A DNA stretch of 64,000 nucleotides from an uncultured virus (IMG/VR IMGVR_UViG_3300027782_003691) (Duplodnaviria; Heunggongvirae; Uroviricota; Caudoviricetes), in IMG/VR virus record IMGVR_UViG_3300027782_003691; one strand, written 5' to 3'. The notes beneath the pieces were generated by a model, which searched no databases, was not told where the DNA came from, and saw nothing but the letters and a program-made list of their open reading frames with translations. A program made the position numbers and the translations under genes. Positions 38,112 to 44,790 of this stretch are shown here, piece after piece (the stretch's first letter is position 1; each line of letters starts with the position of its first letter).

Positions 38112-39056
38112 CTATTTTGACACTATCTTGGGATTATATTTGTTAAGAAAAATATCCCCGGGACACACACAACTAGGTCTAGGACAAGTCAAATACTCAT
38201 CAAGCAAATTAAAATTTGAAATAGTCCCTAATAGTCTAGCATTACAAATTCCTGCTCTAACTTCACCGTTGGCGTATACACATATACCTTCACTACCCGC
38301 AGCACACCGCCAGTTATGAAAATAATGTAAACCTTCTGCCATAATTGTATTGGGAACAGCACGATTAATATCGCCATTCGAATAAACTGCCTTAACGTCC
38401 CATGCTATATTTGAATCTAGTTTGGTGGGGTAGCTTTTAATAAAATCTAATTGCTCGGATGTATATGAATACATATCTCTGTTAAACGTGTCTTGATCCT
38501 GTATAACTTTTGGAATGATAAATGGTTTGAATCTAACATCAACGTCATTAACTATTTCCATTACCGTATCCCACATACCCGGATGGCACATAAGATTAAA
38601 CTGTATATCCACTCCATTGTCTTTTAAAAATTCGCATAGTTGATTGATTTTTAATTTTTTGGAGTCATAGTATTCTGGATGCAATGACAAAATTACTAGT
38701 TGTGGTTGTTTGGACAATGATTGCCACCAGCTGACGCTTCTAGCACCATTTGTTGTAACGGTAATAGTAGCGTAATCATGTAGGCGTTCAATTATGTCTG
38801 CGAATTTATTATGTAAGGTAGGTTCACCACCTGATATATTAACCACCAATCTCTTTTTAGTCTGTTGTTGTATAGCGATTAGCTTATCGAGAAACAAATC
38901 AATGTCACTATCACTCGGAAATAGAGGGCTATTTGCATATGCTCCAAGATTTAATGATGAGGGACAGTATGTACAATGCTGATTACAAAAATCAGTCAAT
39001 ATCCAATAGACAAATATCTCATTGTTTAAATTTTTAATCTCTATTAATTCTTTCAT
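38112..39056 (-). CDS. radical SAM protein with C-terminal Cys-rich domain (paralog of 4414/5367 pair)
   Basis: CNQHCTYC, SGGEP, C-terminal CPRPSCVC. Confidence 0.88.
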   Translation of the reverse strand: MKELIEIKNLNNEIFVYWILTDFCNQHCTYCPSSLNLGAYANSPLFPSDSDIDLFLDKLIAIQQQTKKRLVVNISGGEPTLHNKFADIIERLHDYATITVTTNGARSVSWWQSLSKQPQLVILSLHPEYYDSKKLKINQLCEFLKDNGVDIQFNLMCHPGMWDTVMEIVNDVDVRFKPFIIPKVIQDQDTFNRDMYSYTSEQLDFIKSYPTKLDSNIAWDVKAVYSNGDINRAVPNTIMAEGLHYFHNWRCAAGSEGICVYANGEVRAGICNARLLGTISNFNLLDEYLTCPRPSCVCPGDIFLNKYNPKIVSK

Positions 39057-39069
39057 ACTATCCTGTGTT

Positions 39070-39153
39070 TGGTGGGCTAGGAGAGACTCGAACTCTCACG
39101 CCTTTCGGCAATGGCTTCTAAGACCATCATGGCTACCGTTACATCACCAGCCC
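39070..39153 (-). tRNA. tRNA-Leu(TAG)
   Basis: CT-TAG-AA, variable arm GCC-GAAA-GGC, CCA. Confidence 0.92.
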
Positions 39154-39154
39154 A

Positions 39155-39616
39155 TTACTCATTTACTTCCATCCAAGAGTGATCTCCTAGATAACGAACC
39201 TGTATCAAATATTCATAATTTTCTGGAACGCCACTAGTCCAATCGGTTGGTGACATGGCGGTTAGTATAGTTACATCATTGCGTGTATCTTTAACTACCC
39301 AATATACATGACCCATGCTTAATTGAAACTCATATTTACAACTGTGTACTAAGTCAGTCATGTCTAATCGACGCTTAATATCTCCTGCTTGTCTTTCTAA
39401 TACTGCTACTAGTTCCATTATTCTATCATATTCTTGTTGGGCAAACAAGCGGGCATTATTAATCATAATGTCTTTTTGTTGCGTAACTGGAACTAGATCA
39501 AACTTAGTACCACCAGCCTCAGTGGGGTAAGGCGTCACATTACGATTAAAGAACGGCACTACGGTGTTACCCATAGTACTGTCATAACTCTTACGACCTT
39601 TTGTGATGTTACTCAT
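39155..39616 (-). CDS. hypothetical protein (DUF2452-like)
   Basis: PYPTEAG.KF...GHVYW...SPTDW...DHSW pattern. Confidence 0.6.
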   Translation of the reverse strand: MSNITKGRKSYDSTMGNTVVPFFNRNVTPYPTEAGGTKFDLVPVTQQKDIMINNARLFAQQEYDRIMELVAVLERQAGDIKRRLDMTDLVHSCKYEFQLSMGHVYWVVKDTRNDVTILTAMSPTDWTSGVPENYEYLIQVRYLGDHSWMEVNE

Positions 39617-39854
39617 TGGCTGCCTTTAAACAATATATTAGATATTCTTGTTCGGTTATCCATATCCATTTTGAGTACTGAGTATCACCATATCCAACCC
39701 ACTGCTGATATCTACGCCCCCACCGTAACCATATTACGCAGTTACTTTGAGTACACCGATGTGGTAACCAAGCAAAACACTTATCATAAACTGGAAATCG
39801 GGGCATCCACACATCTTCTTGCATGGTGGGATACATACTACGATCTAATGGCAT
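39609..39854 (-). CDS. hypothetical protein
   Basis: FAWLPHRC...IWL...EYLIYCLK. Confidence 0.55.
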   Translation of the reverse strand: MPLDRSMYPTMQEDVWMPRFPVYDKCFAWLPHRCTQSNCVIWLRWGRRYQQWVGYGDTQYSKWIWITEQEYLIYCLKAANE

Positions 39855-40324
39855 TATTCGTTAACCACTTTCAAACTTTTAAATCTGTCAGCAGCATAAC
39901 TAGCAGCAAAACCATGCGGTTTAACACGAGGTTCTACATTACAAGTACCACGAATGTATCCAATCGCTTGCGCTACTACATTACTACTTTTGAATTCGTC
40001 ATCAGGATTAATATCAAGGTGCACCTCCACCACACGATTTTCCAGAACTTCTGCTAGTTTAAGATACAGTTCACTTACCTTAAACACTTCAGTCATTAGC
40101 CTAGTGTTAGGTTTGTCAACACGATCATAATCTCTTTCACGAGTTACCTCGCCAAACAGCTTACACCCATGTTTTCCATCTAAGTGAACAACGATAGCCG
40201 CCGTATAGTCAGCATACCACTGCGTACCTTTTTTAACTCGTTCTGAGTCAACACCAATATAAATTTTAGTGTCGGGACCTTGTTTATCTATGAACTCTTT
40301 GATTTGTGGTATGTTGAACTTCAT
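39854..40324 (-). CDS. RNase H-like YkuK (DUF458) family protein
   Basis: IYIGVDS, RLMTEV, EVHLDIN, KP..FAASYAAD. Confidence 0.82.
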   Translation of the reverse strand: MKFNIPQIKEFIDKQGPDTKIYIGVDSERVKKGTQWYADYTAAIVVHLDGKHGCKLFGEVTRERDYDRVDKPNTRLMTEVFKVSELYLKLAEVLENRVVEVHLDINPDDEFKSSNVVAQAIGYIRGTCNVEPRVKPHGFAASYAADRFKSLKVVNE

Positions 40325-40344
40325 TACGACCTCTTTGGTTATTT

Positions 40345-40419
40345 TGGCATCCCCCGAAGGATTTGAACCCTCACCAGCTGATTTGGAGTCAGATGTGCTG
40401 CCGTTGACACTAGGGAGAT
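40345..40419 (-). tRNA. tRNA-Trp(CCA)
   Basis: CT-CCA-AA, G73, CCA. Confidence 0.92.
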
Positions 40420-40439
40420 ATATTACTACTATTTACTGT

Positions 40440-40516
40440 TGGTGCCTCGACCAAGATTTGAACTTGGGACTTCCACCTTATCAAGATGGCACTCTGACCA
40501 ACTGAGTTATCGAGGC
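40440..40516 (-). tRNA. tRNA-Ile(GAT)
   Basis: TT-GAT-AA, CCA. Confidence 0.93.
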
Positions 40517-40523
40517 ATTTCAT

Positions 40524-40600
40524 TGGTGCGTCCGGAGAGATTTGAACTCCCAACCTCAAGTTTCGAAGACTTGCTTTCTATCCAGTTGAATTACGGACAC
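40524..40600 (-). tRNA. tRNA-Arg(TCG)
   Basis: CT-TCG-AA, GGATA D-loop, CCA. Confidence 0.92.
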
Positions 40601-40606
40601 AATATT

Positions 40607-40701
40607 TGGTACTCCTGGGTGGATTCGAACCACCGACGCTCCCTAATCTGGGGACATATGCCGGGTATAAGCCGGGTGTTTTACCGCTAAACTACAGGAG
40701 C
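40607..40701 (-). tRNA. tRNA with TAT anticodon (Ile-type) and long variable region
   Basis: CCGG-CT TAT AC-CCGG; ~25-nt variable region; canonical T arm; CCA. Confidence 0.8.
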
Positions 40702-40708
40702 AAATCTT

Positions 40709-40803
40709 TGGCAGTGAGTGTGGGATTTGAACCCACGGACCCTGGGGTTACCAGAGTCAACACCTTAGCAGGGTGCCGATTTAAGCCACTCATCCAACTC
40801 ACT
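40709..40803 (-). tRNA. tRNA-Ser(GCT)
   Basis: CT-GCT-AA, long variable arm, G73. Confidence 0.93.
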
Positions 40804-40812
40804 TTAAAACTT

Positions 40813-40905
40813 TGGCGAGTAGCAGAGGAGTCGAACCCCATCCCCATTACAGAGAACCCAGTTTTCAAGGCTGGTCGCAGGACCAACCCCGCTGCATTAC
40901 TACTC
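40813..40905 (-). tRNA. tRNA-Ser(TGA), 8/4 cloverleaf
   Basis: 8-bp acceptor GAGTAGTA/TGCTACTC, 4-bp T stem GGGG/CCTC, CT-TGA-AA. Confidence 0.88.
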
Positions 40906-40913
40906 TTTAAAAC

Positions 40914-40988
40914 TGGTACTGCATACGGGTTACGATCCCGTCTGGTCACCTTGAAAGGGTGATGACCTCACCAGAAGTCGAATGCAGC
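40914..40988 (-). tRNA. tRNA-Glu(TTC)
   Basis: CT-TTC-AA; T-loop ATCGTAA; CCA. Confidence 0.9.
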
Positions 40989-40994
40989 ATTACT

Positions 40995-41078
40995 TGGTGG
41001 AGGTGGTAGGGATCGAACCTACCTGCACAAGTGCCAGAGATTTACAGTCTCCTGTCCCACCGTTGGAACATCACCTCC
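40995..41078 (-). tRNA. tRNA-Tyr(GTA)
   Basis: CT-GTA-AA, variable arm, CCA. Confidence 0.92.
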
Positions 41079-41089
41079 GTTGATTTTTA

Positions 41090-42565
41090 CTAAGTGTACT
41101 TCTTAACTGTAAGTATAGCACGGTCTCGGGCTACTTGTCTACCGCGACCATCTAATTTTAATTGATCTCGTGTTTTATGTTCAATATCGAAATCCGATTC
41201 TCCATTGTGCCACGCTGAGCCAATTAGCCAGCCACCACACCGAACAACTCCGGCCGAGTCTTTGAGTAATTTGAATGCTGCATCAAATGCCTGCTCAGAT
41301 GTCATAAATTCATTCTTCCATGCACTATTTTCGCCTGGCTTTCGATCAACAGTATAACCATATTTTTCTGGATCACGTTCCAGGGCACTCATTAATGTTG
41401 TTTCTTTTTCAATGTCATTATAAGTATAGATTCCAAGGGCACTAAACTGCCAGGTTCTAAATAAGTTTGGATTATTTTTACAAAACTCGGCTGTTTTAAA
41501 TGAATCATCTATTGTGTCGCCCGGCAGTCCTACAATAAAGCCTGCACTTAATTTAACTTGATTACTACCGCTAGTTAACATATTAAGTGCATGTAGAACC
41601 TTCTCAATGTTCATTCCTTTATTCATAACTTTTCTAGCATGGTTGTTCATGCTTTCTATTCCAACAAATCCACCTACTAGCCCCATTCGCAACAACTGCG
41701 GAATCATTTCGGGTTTGGTTACTAGTAACTCTGGTTTAAGATAACATTGAAATTCAAAGTTGGGTATCTTTGCTAATTCTATGGCTCGCTCAAGTCTATT
41801 TAACTTCTCCACACTATCATTGAATGTATCATCCATCAATGAATATCTGGTAGTACCAAACAATTCATAATTGCGACGAAGTTCGTTGCTTATGCTTTCA
41901 GGAGTTCTCATGTAAGATTCGTAATCTTTTGCTCCTTGAAACGGATGAGTACAGTACGCACATCTAAAAATACACCCCCTGCTGGCTTCCAATGGTATTG
42001 GTTGATGACTAAGAAAGTTATCTTCTGGTTTTAATACAGTTTCTATATCATCTGGATTTGCGATATGATGGAATTTATTACTATCCACCGTTTTTTTGCC
42101 ATTGCTGTCAATAAAATACTTTAACTGATGTCCTGTCTTGCCTTCTAATAACATTAGAAATCTAGGAAAACTGTCATCGCTAAATCCACCAATATGCCAA
42201 TCTGCTGCGTCATAAAGACCACGAGCACCTGGCATTCGTAATATACCATTACCACCTGCGACAATTTTTAATTTTGGATGTTTGGCACGAATTCTATTAA
42301 AAAAATCTTCGTTAATCCATTCAATGTCGGCATGTCCATTATGTGGACGATCTAGCCAAACTGTGCTGACGCCCAAAAATAATGTTTTATCTGTAATAAC
42401 GTTGCTGAGTACTAGTTCTAGTTCTGCTTCCGTCATTGCAGTAGCACAATCAATAACTAAGTTATTGTATCCGAATTTTTCAGCAGCGGTACGTAATCTA
42501 TATCCAGCAATATTTCTACCGGAAAGGTCGTTTCTACTGCCACATAAAATTATTCCATGATACAT
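41090..42565 (-). CDS. B12-binding-domain-like radical SAM protein (paralog of 35015-36550)
   Basis: EASRGCIFRCAYC, DDTFND, GIES, GLPGDT. Confidence 0.88.
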   Translation of the reverse strand: MYHGIILCGSRNDLSGRNIAGYRLRTAAEKFGYNNLVIDCATAMTEAELELVLSNVITDKTLFLGVSTVWLDRPHNGHADIEWINEDFFNRIRAKHPKLKIVAGGNGILRMPGARGLYDAADWHIGGFSDDSFPRFLMLLEGKTGHQLKYFIDSNGKKTVDSNKFHHIANPDDIETVLKPEDNFLSHQPIPLEASRGCIFRCAYCTHPFQGAKDYESYMRTPESISNELRRNYELFGTTRYSLMDDTFNDSVEKLNRLERAIELAKIPNFEFQCYLKPELLVTKPEMIPQLLRMGLVGGFVGIESMNNHARKVMNKGMNIEKVLHALNMLTSGSNQVKLSAGFIVGLPGDTIDDSFKTAEFCKNNPNLFRTWQFSALGIYTYNDIEKETTLMSALERDPEKYGYTVDRKPGENSAWKNEFMTSEQAFDAAFKLLKDSAGVVRCGGWLIGSAWHNGESDFDIEHKTRDQLKLDGRGRQVARDRAILTVKKYT

Positions 42566-42586
42566 AATAGTTTTATTTATGACAGT

Positions 42587-43036
42587 TTAAATCCATTCAA
42601 TTGTTCTGTAATAATCTAAACTTATGCCTTTTTTAATAGTGGCTTTGATCATTTGGTGATTCTTTGTGGAGACTATACTTCCGATTGAAAGCCCACCACG
42701 TTTTTTAATTGTTTTAATTAAGTAGTTGTGACAGATTTGATAAAATCCTTTCCCGCGAAATTCTGGCGCAGTAAATCCCAACATAATCCAACCTTCTTTC
42801 CTATCGTCGATATATTCATATACCTGTCCGGTTACGACTTCGGAGTGTGAATTCTCAATCCAAATTACACCACTGCCATTTCTAAATGGCATTCCAGGTA
42901 AGGCCATACCACTTTGCAAAATTTCAAGATAACATTCAAACATTAACTCAAGTGGTGGCACAGCGACTAATGTATCGCTGTGCCATACTGTTAACTCGTC
43001 GTCATCTTTTACAATCGTGTCTATTATTTGTTTCAT
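42587..43036 (-). CDS. GNAT family acetyltransferase
   Basis: TAPEFRGKGF acetyl-CoA-binding motif. Confidence 0.75.
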   Translation of the reverse strand: MKQIIDTIVKDDDELTVWHSDTLVAVPPLELMFECYLEILQSGMALPGMPFRNGSGVIWIENSHSEVVTGQVYEYIDDRKEGWIMLGFTAPEFRGKGFYQICHNYLIKTIKKRGGLSIGSIVSTKNHQMIKATIKKGISLDYYRTIEWI

Positions 43037-43055
43037 ATATTACCTTATGTAAACT

Positions 43056-43133
43056 TGGCCCTCGTCCTGTGGATTCTAACCACAGCTTAAAGTGTAGTCA
43101 AACACCCGACCATAACACTGGATCTCAACGAGG
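43056..43133 (-). tRNA. tRNA-like RNA, anticodon indeterminate
   Basis: CCTCGTT/GACGAGG acceptor + GCCA, 6-bp T stem with TTAGAAT loop, irregular anticodon loop (TTGACT). Confidence 0.6.
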
Positions 43134-43140
43134 ATAACTT

Positions 43141-43218
43141 TGGCGACCAATATGGGTAACGATCCCATCGATATCCCGCGTGACAGGCGGGCGACCACAC
43201 CATGCAGTCCCATTGGCC
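43141..43218 (-). tRNA. tRNA-Asp(GTC)
   Basis: CCCGC-CT GTC AC-GCGGG; T-loop ATCGTTA; G73. Confidence 0.9.
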
Positions 43219-43228
43219 TAATTCTTTA

Positions 43229-43337
43229 TTACCATATTGAAATATATTAAATCTCTTGCACCGTCAAACGCAACTTCGCCCAGTTGACGCTGGACCGCCT
43301 TCTTCTTGTTGGCGTTTAATACACTTCAATATGGTAA
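43229..43337 (-). ncRNA. conserved-stem hairpin element H2
   Basis: TTACCATATTGAAGTGTATTAAA/TTTAATATATTTCAATATGGTAA. Confidence 0.65.
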
Positions 43338-43384
43338 CAGTCCATCCAAGCAAGGGCGTGTGACCATTGCACTTGGACAGGGTT

Positions 43385-43457
43385 ACCATATTGAAATACA
43401 CTCCGCTCGTTTCCTGGTTTATCAAATTTATACCACCAGAATGTACTTCAATATGGT
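43385..43457 (-). ncRNA. conserved-stem hairpin element H3
   Basis: ACCATATTGAAGTACATTCTG/CGGAGTGTATTTCAATATGGT. Confidence 0.65.
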
Positions 43458-43668
43458 GTAGGCTACCGAATCCCTTCGGCCCCTACCGGAGTTGTCTACC
43501 CTGTCCGTCTGATTATTCTCTATGAGTATGGGCATGTTCAGCAACACCCTACGATTTTTTCAGGCTCCCGACAGAGGGACTCTAAGGTAGATCGTAAGCA
43601 CCCTTAACTTTATCGTGGAGTTAATTCACGCCCTGTTAATAACGGCTAGGGACGCCGGGATTCCTATA
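43454..43668 (-). ncRNA. unclassified structured RNA ending in ACCA (~215 nt)
   Basis: GC-rich, ORF-free, several nested stems, TAGG/CCTA closing stem then CACCA. Confidence 0.5.
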
Positions 43669-43703
43669 AGTGAATGCTATCTGCTATTATACTATAGCCA
43701 CCA

Positions 43704-43916
43704 TTGTCATTAGTTGTATTGTCTCGTTATGGACAACAATAACCCTATTGTCGTTTGCTTTTATCGCTGAACTCTTATACAAGGGCATTGGCCAATGCTG
43801 ATCTTGCTTTCGTTTCAGGCAACAGTTTAGATCGCGCTAGCTAGACGGAGGATCCATCGCCTGTGCATTTTCCAAGTGAACACTGGAATTTTCCAAAACA
43901 ATACAACTAATAACAA
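43704..43916 (-). ncRNA. unclassified structured RNA (~213 nt)
   Basis: ~23-bp closing stem TTGTTATTAGTTGTATTGTTTTG/CGAGACAATACAACTAATGACAA. Confidence 0.55.
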
Positions 43917-43917
43917 C

Positions 43918-44170
43918 TAAGTGCTTTCTCCCTGCGGCGGTAACTATAGCATAGAGAAGTTGACTAACTATGCCTTCCATCCGCTTCACCGACCAAGGAG
44001 AACTCTCGTGTGCAAACGCCGGTTAGGTTAGACCGCAGCTTTCGCTGGAGCAGATTCTTCATCTCCGTTACCAGAGGTAGACCCTTGCTCGAACCACCCG
44101 TAGCCATCACAGCTACTTCATCGTCTGGGCTCAGACTAGGCACTGATTAGGTTGCCGTGGACTTTTTGCT
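43918..44170 (-). ncRNA. unclassified structured RNA (~250 nt) with GNRA-capped hairpins
   Basis: CTCTG-GTAA-CGGAG, CAGC-GAAA-GCTG, GTAGC/GCTAC, GTCTG/CAGAC, GCATAG/CTATGC. Confidence 0.55.
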
Positions 44171-44171
44171 T

Positions 44172-44261
44172 ACGCAATATTGAAGTGTATTACACGATAT
44201 GACCTCTGCAATGCTATTGCTAATTCGGGACTAGTTCGTGTAATACACTTCAATATTGCGT
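44172..44261 (-). ncRNA. conserved-stem hairpin element H4
   Basis: Perfect 26-bp inverted repeat ACGCAATATTGAAGTGTATTACACGA. Confidence 0.7.
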
Positions 44262-44265
44262 CTGT

Positions 44266-44278
44266 TTTTTAAAGAACG
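44266..44278 (-). promoter_or_regulatory. boxA-like antitermination site
   Basis: CGTTCTTTAAAAA just downstream of a promoter; compare rrn boxA TGCTCTTTAACA. Confidence 0.55.
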
Positions 44279-44304
44279 TTTACTGCATTTCTTACTATAC
44301 AAAC

Positions 44305-44333
44305 ATTATAGCTGTAGTTGAATTAACTGTCAA
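44305..44333 (-). promoter_or_regulatory. sigma70-type promoter
   Basis: TTGACA-17-TATAAT. Confidence 0.8.
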
Positions 44334-44356
44334 CTACTGTGCTAAAATACAACAAT

Positions 44357-44434
44357 TGGAGGTGAGGGTCGGAGTCGAACCGACGGTTTTCCGGATTTGC
44401 AATCCAGTGCAATGGACCACTCTGCCACCTCACC
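44357..44434 (-). tRNA. tRNA-Cys(GCA)
   Basis: TT-GCA-AA, U73, CCA. Confidence 0.93.
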
Positions 44435-44439
44435 TTATA

Positions 44440-44557
44440 TTATACCATTTTACACATTCCCGTTATCGCCAGGAACTTATCATCCGGTATTCCGCCCACA
44501 TTAATAGTAGCATGTTTAAAGTGCGCTACAGGCTCGCGTTACCCATCACACTCACTA
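44440..44557 (-). ncRNA. possible structured RNA directly after the attenuator terminator
   Basis: GC-richer spacer with GTAGC/GCTAC and TTCCTG/CGGGAA stems. Confidence 0.35.
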
Positions 44558-44558
44558 C

Positions 44559-44597
44559 AAAAACAAAAAACCCTGGAGTATTTCTAGTCCAGGGTCC
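44559..44597 (-). terminator. intrinsic terminator (putative attenuator)
   Basis: ACCCTGGA-loop-TCCAGGGT then TTTTTGTTTTT. Confidence 0.85.
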
Positions 44598-44650
44598 TTA
44601 AAGTTTACGATGTTAGCTATTGCTTAACCATCACATCCTTCTCGAACCCC
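44591..44650 (-). promoter_or_regulatory. putative antiterminator hairpin overlapping the terminator 5' arm
   Basis: GGGGUUC/GGACCCU, GAAG/CUUU, GAUGU/ACAUC, UGGUUA/UAGCUA nested pairings. Confidence 0.65.
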
Positions 44651-44782
44651 ACTATACTCCTTGCCTGTTTCAATCATATTAAATACTGAATCATTTCCTG
44701 AGCGTAAGGCCACCACTGGACTCCAGCATAATGCTAGTGTCTGGGGCAACTGATACGATATGGAATGGCTTGTGTTTTTCAT
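44624..44782 (-). CDS. putative attenuator leader peptide (52 aa, all 20 amino acids)
   Basis: MKNTSHSISYQLPQTLALCWSPVVALRSGNDSVFNMIETGKEYSGVREGCDG; ATG 8 nt after the -10 box. Confidence 0.65.
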   Translation of the reverse strand: MKNTSHSISYQLPQTLALCWSPVVALRSGNDSVFNMIETGKEYSGVREGCDG

Positions 44783-44790
44783 GTTAAGTT

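Noticed and set aside
43056..43133. tRNA-Sec
   Set aside because: No TCA anticodon and no long variable arm.
43229..43457. CRISPR array suggested by recurring ATTGAAA / TTCAAT motifs
   Set aside because: Motifs are inverted pairs, not equal-length direct repeats with regular spacers; no cas genes in the window.
43918..44170. RNase P RNA
   Set aside because: Only scattered motif resemblance; no 3' ACAGAA..CGGCUUA strand able to form P4, so left unclassified.
36632..44601. Track ORFs overlapping tRNA genes (36632, 37352, 37596, 37833, 39022, 40269, 40439, 40606, 40692, 42886, 44356)
   Set aside because: Chance frames across GC-rich RNA genes; no SD or protein motifs.
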